From Reclinomonas americana ATCC 50394 (lineage: Eukaryota): DNA of 53,793 bases. Below the pieces are notes generated by a model. The model was not told where the DNA came from. It saw only the letters and a program-made list of their open reading frames with translations, and ran no database searches. This document shows positions 1-21,046 of the stretch, in pieces. A program made the translations under genes and the position numbers. Each line of letters starts with the position of its first letter. Position 1 is the first letter of the stretch. The stretch lies in assembly GCA_048213135.1 (NCBI GenBank), contig PS015169.1, positions 1-53,793 on the forward strand. Reading direction: 5' to 3'.

Positions 1-3976
<3,976 letters not shown>

Positions 3977-4118
3977 TGAGCGGTGGCAAATTTCAATGCC
4001 TTCTCTTCTCTGTTTCTCGTCGCCACCACTCTTTTGTTCAAGCGGCGAATCGAAATAAAGTTCCTCCTGACGATGTCACAAGTCGGGGAGTCGGGGACTT
4101 AAAAGATGGACGGGAAGT

Positions 4119-6088
4119 TTATGGAGATTGCTGACGAGAGCCCAGCTCATCATCGTCGCTGCTCTCTTGCTCCGAGTTGTCGAATCTGGTCGTCGAGATA
4201 TCTTCATCGCTGTGTGCGCCTGGGCGATGCTTGCTAATCACAATAGGGGTGAAGGCAAGCACAGAATCGCCACCTCCAGTGGCCTTCCTGCTGTCGCCAT
4301 TGGCCTTTTTGTCGACGAGGTGGTCCCAGTCGCTGAGCAGGTCTGGCAGTTGCTTCTGCTCCCGCACGCGGCGGAAGCCGAAAGTGATGCGCAGCAGCGG
4401 GCCGAGCCAGCGAAGGCACGACAGGCAACGCGTGTCCTTCTTCTCCCACACCGAGAGACCGTGCTTGATTCCGTTGTGGAGCGGCAGGAAGAGGATGCCA
4501 AAGAAAAAGTAGGCAGCCACAATGATGATGGTGTGCATCATGGCATACGTCCAGTAGAAGCGCACGGCCATCTGCAGCACCATGGACGAAAGAGTGAGCA
4601 CGGCGACAACGTGTGGCGGTGGCATGCAAGCAGCAGTCACCTGAATCAGAAGCAAAATTACCAGAATGCCGAGCAGTTCCCCCGTGGCCGACGTATTCCG
4701 GTACACCTTGTGACTTAGCGAGTAGCGAAGCTCGCTGATTCGCGTAGCATGATCCACCACGAGCTGACGGTGCGCCGCGGCGTAGGCTTCGCTCTTCTCG
4801 GCAAATTTGACCTCCTGCGCGGCCACATCCTTCAGCCAGTTGGACTCGACTTGACCCTGCCGACATGAGTGAGTGAAGAGCACAATTTACCCCTTGACGT
4901 TCTCGTACTGACCGCACAGATGCGTGCATTCTGCACCTCGGCCTTGCGACTGATGAGGTTGACTACGAATCCGAGCCAGCCAGCAAATGCAATGGCGATC
5001 ACTGTGCAGTACACGAACACAATCACGTTGGACAAGGCGGGCGTCTGCGTCGTTCCGTCAGCGAGCACCTCATCGGGGAGCTGTTTCGTGGAGGCGGCGG
5101 CGTGGGTGATGATGACGATATGTGTGGCATAAACATAGCGTGTACGCACCTCCATCCACGCAGTGGCAATCGTAAACATCAAAGTACCGACCACACCAAA
5201 CACATCGAGCGATTTGTCTTGGTTGTCGAGGTGATCGGTGAACGCCGCTGTACCCCGTTCAACATAGTCGACCAGCTCCTGCATCACTTCCGTTGTCGGC
5301 GGCGCCGTCGTCGACTGCTGGTCCTGCGCAACTGCCGCTGCTGCTGCTGCTGCTGCTGCCTTTGCCGTCGCCTTGCTAGAAGGCGCACCACCGTTGGCGC
5401 AGCAGCAGCAGAGACGTGACAGGCCGCTCTTGCGTGGCTTCGAGAGGGCGACATTGGCGGCTGTGGGCGAGGACAAGTCGCCACGATGCGTCCTGCTCTC
5501 GACGGCCTTGGTGACGGCCTTGATCAGACGCCGTCGATGCACGCTCTTGCTGAGCAGCGAGGCCACGGCAGGCGAGATACCGACAGGTTGCGCACGCGCC
5601 GATGCCAGCGTAAACACCTCGCCCGCCGGCAACTCCAGCTCCTCCAGCTCGCCCTCCGGTACATCGCTCTCCACTGCCTCCTCCTGCTGCTCGCCACCAA
5701 CGTCCGACTGCTCACGGAGCACACGCCGGTTGCTGCTGCTGCTACGATAGCGATGGCGGGGGGTGGCGGAGACCACGCGCAAGTTGAAGCTTGGGACCAC
5801 GCGGCGGGACGACAAGTGAGTGGCGGAAGCAGCAGCAGCAGCAGCACGCCGCGACGTCTGCTTGCGAGGGACTATCGCCTCTTGTTGCTGTTGCTGCTGT
5901 TGTTGTTGTTGTTGTTGTTGACGAGGAGAGAATTCGTCGCGAACAACGTGAAACGCCAGTTCGTCGTGTGGGTGGTGGCGCCGTGGTGATTGTTGCGCGT
6001 GCTGCTGCGCGTGAGTCGTGATCAATGCGGTCGGAGGCGAAGGCGGCAGCACTGGGGAGAAGAGCGGTGGAGGGACGTGCAGCTCCAT
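4119..6088 (-). CDS. Multi-pass membrane protein with low-complexity N-terminus (polyQ/polyA), 2 introns, function unknown
   Basis: ATG at 6088. Introns 5149-5081 and ~4911-4857 join ORFs 4832-6316 and 4119-4883. About 4-5 hydrophobic segments (VFGVVGTLMFTIATAW; VIVFVYCTVIAIAFAGWLGFVV; LLGILVILLLIQV; IIIVAAYFFFGILFL). Confidence 0.75.
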
Positions 6089-7095
6089 TTCTTCTTGCGT
6101 TCTCTCGCGAATTGATGCAAAGTGATGGAGATTAAAACGGCTATGAAAAGATACTGCCGCTTCAATCAGATTTTCAACCCCGACACAGTGGGCATGCCTG
6201 TGGACCGATGAGCATGCCTGTGGACTGACTGTGGTGGAGGTCACTTCCAGTCGATCTGCATGCCAATAACCACAGCAATGCGCAAAACGCGTACGAATTC
6301 GAATATCCATATTCATGATCAGAAGATCTGGAGAAACTGTGTGTTTTTCGGGCCCTGTTTTTGCATACCTATATTGTTATTGTGCCGAGGCCATTGTCGG
6401 CAAGCAACAACAAATTCATTCACCAACAAACAAGCAACAGCTGTCTTGATGACCAAGTTCAACCGTACGCGTATCCAAAACATCAACACAGACACCAATC
6501 TTGAGGCAGCAGCAGGTTCCTTGTGTGTGTTAGGGCATTTGTCGCAAAATAGCAATGTGGTGAATGAAGTGTTTTGTTTGCGAGATCGATCTAGAGTTCG
6601 AATCAAATATCTCATCGATCACGGCCGACAAGCCCCTCCCGCAATTACCACGTGCTTTCAGAGTGCTCAACCCAGGCAGTAGTGTTCGATACTGCCTCAA
6701 GCCACCACCGATATGAGCCCCACAAACAACATGACAAGCTCTCTTTTGTTTCAACCACACCACCAACGTACGACACCACCACTGTTTTTGCTCTGCTTGN
6801 NNNNNNNNNNNNNNNNNNNNNNNNNNNNNNNNNNNNNNNNNNNNNNNNNNNNNNNNNNNNNNNNNNNNNNNNNNNNNNNNNNNNNNNNNNNNNNNNNNNN
6901 NNNNNNNNNNNNNNNNNNNNNNNNNNNNNNNNNNNNNNNNNNNNNNNNNNNNNNNNNNNNNNNNNNNNNNNNNNNNNNNNNNNNNNNNNNNNNNNNNNNN
7001 NNNNNNNNNNNNNNNNNNNNNNNNNNNNNNNNNNNNNNNNNNNNNNNNNNNNNNNNNNNNNNNNNNNNNNNNNNCTCTCTTCTCTTCTTCTCCTT

Positions 7096-7215
7096 TCCTC
7101 CTCCTCCTCCTCCTCCTCCTCCTCCTCCTCCTCCTCCTCCTCCTCCTCCTCCTCCTCCTCCTCCTCCTCCTCCTCCTCCTCCTTCCTCCTTCCTCCTTCC
7201 TCCTCCTTCCTCCTC
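7096..7215. repeat. (CCT)n microsatellite next to N-gap 6800-7074
   Basis: Directly visible. Confidence 0.95.
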
Positions 7216-7290
7216 ATCTCTCCCTGTCCCTGTCCCTTTCCACCCATCCCTTCCCCCACACCCTTCTCCATCCCTTTCTATATATCACAG

Positions 7291-13474
<6,184 letters not shown>

Positions 13475-13617
13475 GCCCCGCGGCAGCAACGCCGACCAGC
13501 CAGTTGAATACAGTGAACGCCATCAAGGCAACGAAAAAATTGATATGAGTTGGATCTACTCATTTGTTATAAACTCACTTCTTCAGCACTGCGCACGACA
13601 CGGGGGACGATTGTCGG

Positions 13618-14527
13618 TCACGAGTCGGGGATGGGACGCAGATTCGACAACATGAACTGGCGGAACACCGGCTCAAAGTCGTCGAATGTCGCCGCACTCG
13701 CCATCATCTCCAAGCCGAGGGCCAGACGGCCCTCAAACCGCGCCACCAGCAACACCTTCATCTCCATGTTGTTGCGTGGAATGACGGCGGTGCCCTGTGC
13801 ACATACACCAACAAGAATGAACAGTGAGCCGAAGCGCCCCACACGCAGTAGCGAGTGACGACGCACCGAAATCTCGGCTTGCACAGGTGACACGACGGTA
13901 ATCTCTCCCAGGTTGGTGATCGGCATGACAGTCATGTGCGCCACACGCACACGATCGGCCCATTCCTCAATCTTCGGCTCCGACTGTATCGAATCGGGGA
14001 TGCGGAAACGCAGCACCTGCAAAGAAAGGAGGTTCAGAAAAGGCAGCCAGCTCGGCGGACATGGAGTGCACGCACCCTGATACCGCACTGGGGCACATTG
14101 AAGAACGACGGGTCGGCCGGTGAACGGAACGTGGCAATGTGCAGCGGCGCACCGTACTGCAGATGCATGCGATGAGAGGAGGAACTCAGCCAGCGACATT
14201 ATATGACACGTACGTTTTCGAGCACTTCCCAGCCCTCCAGCGCCGGCAGCTTGAATCGGTCGCGCTCGTTGATGTACCACAAGTAGGACAGCTGTTCCGA
14301 GTCCACGTCTTCCGGGAGGGCGATTTCTGATGGGAGGGCAGGGAGGAAAAGAGAGAGCGAGACAGGGAGAGAGAGAGAGGAAGTGAGAAGAGAGACAGCG
14401 AGAAAGAATGAAAGGAGGAAAAAAGAAAGATGAGGAAGAGAAGGAGAGAATGAAAGAGAGAGAGAAAGAGAGAGAGAGGAAATAAGAAAGAAAGAACAAG
14501 ACAAAGAAGTAAGGAAGAGAGAGAGAG

Positions 14528-14574
<47 letters not shown>

Positions 14575-17500
14575 ACGAGACAAAGAAAAGAAAGAAAGAG
14601 AGAAAGAACAATGAAAGAACAAAACCAGAGGAAGAGAGAGCGACACAAGAACGGCAGGCGCATCTCTCCCTTTTGTTGCGTTGCGCACCTGGCAGCTCCT
14701 CGAGAATTCGGAAGTTGCTGATAACACGCTCGCCAACCTCCACGAAGCGGTCCACCAGTTGTGCGTACGAGCTGAACACCACGACCCACAGACTGGTTGC
14801 GTGACTTATGGTCAGTCAAAGAATATCATTATATCGACACTCTCATGCAACAACGGCATCTCACCGGCCGTCCGCCTTGAGGCCGCGGCACACTGCCTTG
14901 TATCGTTCCTGCGAAAGAATAACAATAGCTAAGTCACAGGGGCACGGGGAAATTGTTCCGCGCTACAGTCTCACATTTTCCACGACGACTTCCATTGCAT
15001 CGTCATGTCCGCTCAGCGTGCACGGCTTGGTGCTGACAATCCTGCACGTGCCGAACCCCCAGAACGGTGCTCGTGCCGCAAGGAATGCCTGCACAACGTA
15101 TGAGGGAGAGAGAGATGAGGTGACTCGTACCTCACTGTGCAGCAGTTGTGCGACAAGAGTGAGCGCACCGAGAAATCCTCCTCGGCTGCGGCCGGCGTAG
15201 GTTCCACGCGCAGCGACAAGTCGAGGACGAGGCTCATTGCCGGCACCTCGGCACTGATCTCCAAGAGTTCGACGCCGGGCGTGGAGTCGTCGCATTCGTA
15301 CGCCCAGTGACAGGGGAACGCGAGGCTGTAGCGCGACTTGTGCGACACGTACAGCACGTGTGTTTTCTCTGTGGGAGGGAGGGAGGGAGGGGGTGAGGGA
15401 GAGGGAGGGGAGGGTAGGGGAGGGGAGGGGAGGCGCACCGTCGCCCACGAGGTCGTTGTAGGCCAGCTCGACGGGGCTGATGTAGCCAGTGGGGATGGCC
15501 TGGAAAGAGGGGGAAGGGATTTAAGAGCACAGGCAAATGTGGGGTGAGATACAAGGAGGACGATACGCGTGTTGCTCGTGGTGAGAAGAACAAGCTGATG
15601 CACAAGACTCGGCATGGAATGAGTAAGTAGGAAAGATCGCGGCGGAGGCAGATGTTTCGGGATGAGATAGAGGAGTTGGAGGGAAGGTACACGAACGATA
15701 CACGCATGACGCATCGCGAGAAGAAGGGGGCGAACGGCGGCGTGCGCACTCGAGCACAACCAGGCGAACACGAAGACGGAACATGGAGATAGAGTGCAAG
15801 ATCGAACAATGCGATCAGGGAGGGAGAGAGAAAGCAAACCTTCGCCAACTGAGCGCACGCCTCCTCGTAGAACTCGGGCTCGGCCGCCAGCGCCAGAATC
15901 ATAATGATGTTCTGGTACATGCCAAAGATGGTCCTGGAGGGAGAGAGACACAGTAAGCGCAAACCGACAGGAAAATGCTAAACACCGACACACACACACA
16001 CACGCACCAGTACTTGGTCACTGTGCCGTCATCCGCAGTCTGCACGGAAGATAAGTGGATTAGAAGAAGAGCTGCAGCGTGCATTCTTTGTCTCCCCTCC
16101 CCTCCGAGAACGCGTGACAGAAGATCCATGCAAAGAAGAAAACACTCCTCTCTCTTCTCCGATCACTCTGCATCTCCGCGCACAATCGCAAACTACAACA
16201 ATGCATTTCCAAGCCTTGCTATCTAAGATCGCAGTCTCAAACCACAAAACCAAGCACCCCACCTTCCTCTCTCTCTATCTCTATCTCCCCTCACGATCAA
16301 GCGTGTCTCGCTCACAAAGATCACTGTCTCGTGCACACAGCAGCACACGCCTCGCTTCTACGGGCTCGAACACTATTCTTCCCTGCTCGCCTCGTGCACA
16401 TCAAAGCAGGCCCCTGCGCCCTCCCTCCTTTCTCCCGCCAATCCCATCTCACTTTCCCACACTCCCGCACAGACACAGCATCTCCTCGCACGTCACAAGC
16501 ACGGCTCGAACACTCTTCTTCCGAGTCCCGTGTTCACCAAAGCAAGCGCTCTCCCTTATCCCCTCCCATTCCTCTCCTCCCATCTCTCGCACTCTCTCAC
16601 CAAGGCACAAACACTGAGCTTTCACGCTTGCCTCGATCACAAAGGTCGCAGTGTCATACCCCACAGAAGCAAACGCGCCTCCCTCCTTCCTTCTTTCCCC
16701 TACCATTCCTGTCCTCCCCTCTCTCTGCCTCGCTCACCAAGGCACAAACACTGATCTTCAAGCTTGCTTCGATCACCGAAGCAGACGCGCCTCCCTCCCT
16801 CCCTCCTCCCTCACCTCTCCTTCTCTCTCTCTCTCTCTCTCATATCTTTCCCATCTCTCTCTCCCTCCTCAGTCATTCATCCGCCCATCGGAGACGCAAC
16901 ATGCGTGGCCTTCAGATGCAGCGCGCCTCCCAGAAAGTCAGCTTCCGTGCCCGCTGACAGCTCCTTGGTGATCTCCATCGCACCACCTCCAGAGCCTAAT
17001 GCGAAGACACACACACAGAGAGAGTGAGAGAAAAAAGAGTGAGACATGTCGCTCTTTGTTGCCTCGTTTCTCTCACCAATCACATGTTGACGCATGCGTT
17101 GTGCCAAGTGCATGCAGATCTACAGTAAGAGTGAGTGAGTGAGTGAGTGAGTGTGAGTGAGAGACAGAGGTGGGGGGGNNNNNNNNNNNNNNNNNNNNNN
17201 NNNNNNNNNNNNNNNNNNNNNNNNNNNNNNNNNNNNNNNNNNNNNNNNNNNNNNNNNNNNNNNNNNNNNNNNNNNNNNNNNNNNNNNNNNNNNNNNNNNN
17301 NNNNNNNNNNNNNNNNNNNNNNNNNNNNNNNNNNNNNNNNNNNNNNNNNNNNNNNNNNNNNNNNNNNNNNNNNNNNNNNNNNNNNNNNGGGGGGAACGCA
17401 ACTGTGAGCATATCAGGCATCTGATGACCCATCATTGGCATGCGATGCGGAGTCACCCAGAACTGCATTCCCCTGAGAGAGAGAAGAGAGAGAGAGAGAG

Positions 17501-18260
17501 GAGACGCAAAGTGAGCACACACAAACACACACACTCCTGCACACTCTTGCACTTAAAACACACACTTTGGCACACATAACTCTCACAAACACACACAAAC
17601 ACACACTTTTGCACACACAAACACACACTTTTGCACACAAACACACACAACATACAAAACACACACACTTTTGCACACACAAACCCCCACAAACACACAC
17701 AAACACACACTTTTGCACACAAACACACACATTTGCACACAAAGACACATATAGTTCTTCCTTTCACACTCCTCTTCTTTCNNNNNNNNNNNNNNNNNNN
17801 NNNNNNNNNNNNNNNNNNNNNNNNNNNNNNNNNNNNNNNNNNNNNNNNNNNNNNNNNNNNNNNNNNNNNNTCTCTCTCTCTCTCTCTTCTCTCACCAGTT
17901 CTCCTTATCCTCCGCGCCCTTTGTCGCATCCTTCAGCCGCACCCGCACATCTCCCGCCACTCCATTCGGAGTTGGTCCCATGACGCTCGCCGAGGCGCCG
18001 CCCTCACTCAGTCCACTGTTGCGAAACGCGGGAACCCACACGGCAGGGATGTTCATGTGGAAGCCAAAGTGAGGCACCGAGTATAGCACCTCGTCGTCGG
18101 CGAGTGGCAAAGGGAAGGACTCGGCAGCTGGAGCTGCTGCACTGCCACTGCTGCTGGATCCGTGATCGTGATCGCATGCTTCTCCGTGTTCGTGATGGTG
18201 GTGGTGGCCGTGGTGACTGTGATGGTGAGGGCAGCCTGGGTGGTGCTGGTGGCCGCTCAT
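13618..18260 (-). CDS. Protein with His/Cys-rich N-terminus and three tandem PsbP/Mog1/DcrB-like repeats (~14 introns)
   Basis: ATG at 18260 (MSGHQHHPGCPHHHSHHGHHHHHEHGEACDHDH). Three internal repeats begin LYSVPHFGFHMNIPAVW, LYVSHKSRYSLAFPCHW and WYINERDRFKLPALEGW, and each ends in a beta-strand plus amphipathic helix (e.g. ATFDDFEPVFRQFMLSNL). The fold call is by motif resemblance only. Confidence 0.7.
14340..14640. repeat. Purine-rich (GAAA/GA)n intron tract
   Basis: Directly visible. Confidence 0.9.
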
Positions 18261-18475
18261 GGTGATCGGATTGATACTTTGTAGCTGACACTGGGACAAC
18301 TTTGTTCACCACCTGAGCACTTTTTTGTAGTCGCCGAGTGGCAGAGGGAAGGACTCGGCACCTGGAGCTGCTGCACTGCCACTGCTGCTGGAGCCGTGAT
18401 CGTGGTCGCATGCTTCTCCGTGCTCGTGGTGATGGTGGTGGTGGCCATGGTGACTGTGATGGTGAGGGCAGCCTG
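18096..18475 (-). repeat. Local ~145-bp duplication of the His-rich coding segment (18096-18238 and 18330-18475)
   Basis: Manual alignment shows 7 substitutions and one extra CAC codon. Confidence 0.95.
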
Positions 18476-19767
18476 CAACTTCATTCACCAGCGTAACACC
18501 AGTCTTCAGTGACACCGAGCAACCGCTGCTGAAGCCGTGATCGAGGTCGCCAGCTTGGCGACGTCCGGATCTGCGAAACCCCTTGGTGAGCTACAAAAAC
18601 GCCACTGCAGGCAGCGCGGTCGCCCATAAATCACCTCCTTCCCGCATCACCGACTCAGAAGCGCAATCTGGGTTCCACGGCGCACCGCTGCACCACCACG
18701 GCCGCCTCCTCGACGATGCAGCATCGCATCACAATGTCGACCAGGCAGCGCGGATCCTCGTCGTCAGCATCGTCCTCCTCCTCCTGCCCCCGTTGCCTCT
18801 GCAGCTCGTGTACAACCTGCATGGCGCGGCGAGCGCTATCGAGTTCCCACCGAGCGAGGCCGAGGGGCGTGCACCACACGCGCACCACGGCCTCGTCGTT
18901 TCCCGTCACCACGTGCTGACCATCGGGAGTCACCGCAACAGAATTCACCCCAATGGTGGGGTCGAATTCGTGCACCTGACTCACTACCACGCCATTCGCC
19001 ACGGCCCACACCCGCACGCCGCCGTTCCAGTCGCCAGTCACCATGTGTTGCCCGTCGGGTGTGGCGACAACCGACGACACCCCACCCGTGTGTCCCACCA
19101 GCCGACGTACCTCCTCTCCAGTCACCAGCGACCACACGCGCACGGAGTCGTCCCAGCTGCTGCTGACCACGAACTCCCCGTCGGGTGTAAAAGCCACCGT
19201 CGACACCCAGTCCGTGTGTCCTTCAAACTGTCGCACCGCCTCTCCACTTGCCAGTGACCACACTTGCACCAGCTTCTCGTAGCCTCCATTCGCCACAAGC
19301 CGACAATCGGGAGAGACAGCAACGCAGCGCAGTCCACTGATCTTCTCCTTCAACTGTCGCACCTCTCCCTCGCCCGTCAGTGGCCACACACGCACAAAAC
19401 CATCGCGGCTGCCAGTGATGAGATGCTGCCCGTCGGGAGCGGCAGTAACAGACCACACCCTGTCAGCGTGACCCGTGAAGCGCCACTGCACCTCCTCTCC
19501 GCTTGCCAGCTCCCACAAGCGCAGGTCACCGTTCTTGCACGCGACTGCCAGACGCTGACTGTCTGGCGTGATGGCGATAGAGTGGTTGCCGGCTGTGCCG
19601 ACGTTCAAGCACCACACATGCTCGCCACTGGCCAGTGACCACATCCACACTGTTCCATCGTGATCCGCACCGACAATGTGCTTGCAATCGGCGGAGGCAA
19701 CGACATTAAGCAGTGCTCCCTCGGGCCCGCGCAGGGTCTTGCGCAAGATAAGCGGAACGGATATCAT
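18306..19767 (-). CDS. WD40-repeat protein, paralogue 1 (unspliced stop at 18655; probable 115-nt intron 18685-18571 extends it to a His-rich tail ending 18306)
   Basis: Seven GH...WD-type repeats (GHTDWVSTVAFTPDGEFVVSSSWDDSVRVW). Phase-2 donor CG|GTGCGC, branch CTCAC and TCGCAG acceptor restore the frame into ORF 18306-18515. Confidence 0.85.
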
Positions 19768-19894
19768 GGGTTGGAGGTGAAGACGGAGTGTGTGCGAGAG
19801 TGGGGACAGGACTGTCCTCGGTGACTTGCCCTCTTCCGTCGTTCCCTTTGCTCTTTATTAACATGACGTCCCTCCGGTGATTACTGGTGGTGGC

Positions 19895-20968
19895 TCACCA
19901 GGGATCTTCTTCGCATCGAAACAGCACGACTTCGGCATCTTCGACAATGAAGCAGCGCAACACCAACTCGACCAGACAACGCCGCGACTCGCCCTGCTGC
20001 ATCTGCTGCACGGCTTGCAGCGCCAGTCGAGCATCGCGGAGCTCCCACCGGATGAGGCCACTCGGCGTCGACCAGGCACACACAGTGCTGTCTTCACCGC
20101 CACTGACGATGTGCTGCCCGTCGGCGGTGACGGCCACACAGTTCACCCAGCCAGTGTGACCCTGCAGCAGCTGCACTCGTCGTGGGCCGCTCGCCAGTGA
20201 CCACACGCGCACCGTCTTATCCCAACTTCCGCTCACTACGTACCGTCCGCACGGTGTAAAGGCCACCGACGACACCGCATCGGTGTGCATGACCAGCCGT
20301 CGCACCTTCTGGCCAGTCACCGCAGACCACACACCAACGGTGGTATCCAAGCTGCCACTGGCGACCAGCTCGCCATCCCGCGTGACGGCCACCGACAACA
20401 CCCAGTCCGTGTGCCCCTCCAACTTTAACAACTCTGCGCCACTTGCCACACACCAGATGCGCACCGTGCGATCTGCGCTGCCGCTCACCAGGCGCTGTCC
20501 GTCGACCGTGAACGCGACACACGACACAACATCCGTGTGGCCCTCAAAGCACCGACTGTCACTGCTGTCGTCGTCTGCGGTCAACGAGCACATGCGCACA
20601 ACATGCTCGTCACACCGCACAACGTGCTGACTGTCGCGAGTGGCGGCGAGAGCAAACGTGGAGCCGACAGAGTCCTTCAAGCGACGCACTTGCTCGCCAC
20701 TCGCCAGTGACCACACACGCACCGACATGTCACCGCAAACAGCCACCAGCAGCTGAGCATCGGGGGTCACGCACATGCACATTACCCTGCTGACGTGGTC
20801 TCCCAGCAGTTGCACTGGCACCTGTGACTCCTCACTTGACCACGGCAACTGCTGCTCGTTGCTGGCACTCACAATGCGCTCCCCGCCCGGAGTGATGACA
20901 GCGATGGATGACACGGGTCCAGAGACACGGCGAACAGTGCTGCTGAGGAGCAGAGGAATGGATGCCAT
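19895..20968 (-). CDS. WD40-repeat protein, paralogue 2 (intronless)
   Basis: 357-aa ORF with WD40 repeats and the shared C-terminal TPSGLIRWELRDAR...RCLVELVLRCFIVEDAE motif. Confidence 0.92.
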   Translation of the reverse strand: MASIPLLLSSTVRRVSGPVSSIAVITPGGERIVSASNEQQLPWSSEESQVPVQLLGDHVSRVMCMCVTPDAQLLVAVCGDMSVRVWSLASGEQVRRLKDSVGSTFALAATRDSQHVVRCDEHVVRMCSLTADDDSSDSRCFEGHTDVVSCVAFTVDGQRLVSGSADRTVRIWCVASGAELLKLEGHTDWVLSVAVTRDGELVASGSLDTTVGVWSAVTGQKVRRLVMHTDAVSSVAFTPCGRYVVSGSWDKTVRVWSLASGPRRVQLLQGHTGWVNCVAVTADGQHIVSGGEDSTVCAWSTPSGLIRWELRDARLALQAVQQMQQGESRRCLVELVLRCFIVEDAEVVLFRCEEDPW

Positions 20969-21046
20969 GCGCAGTTGAAGAGAAGGAAGGAAGAACTAAT
21001 GGGGACAACTGCTGTGACGAAGGACGTCTTTCGTTTTCACTCTCTC

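Noticed and set aside
6556-6799. Candidate TTC21B first exon (ATG 6713 or the RVRIKYLIDHG segment)
   Set aside because: No convincing match to the TTC21B N-terminus, and the adjacent N-gap prevents frame checking.
15090-15168. Apparent 4-nt microexon CAG|TGAG|GTACGA on the minus strand
   Set aside because: It would need a 34-nt upstream intron and introduces a stop and frameshift. A single phase-0 intron from TCG|GTGCGC keeps the frame.
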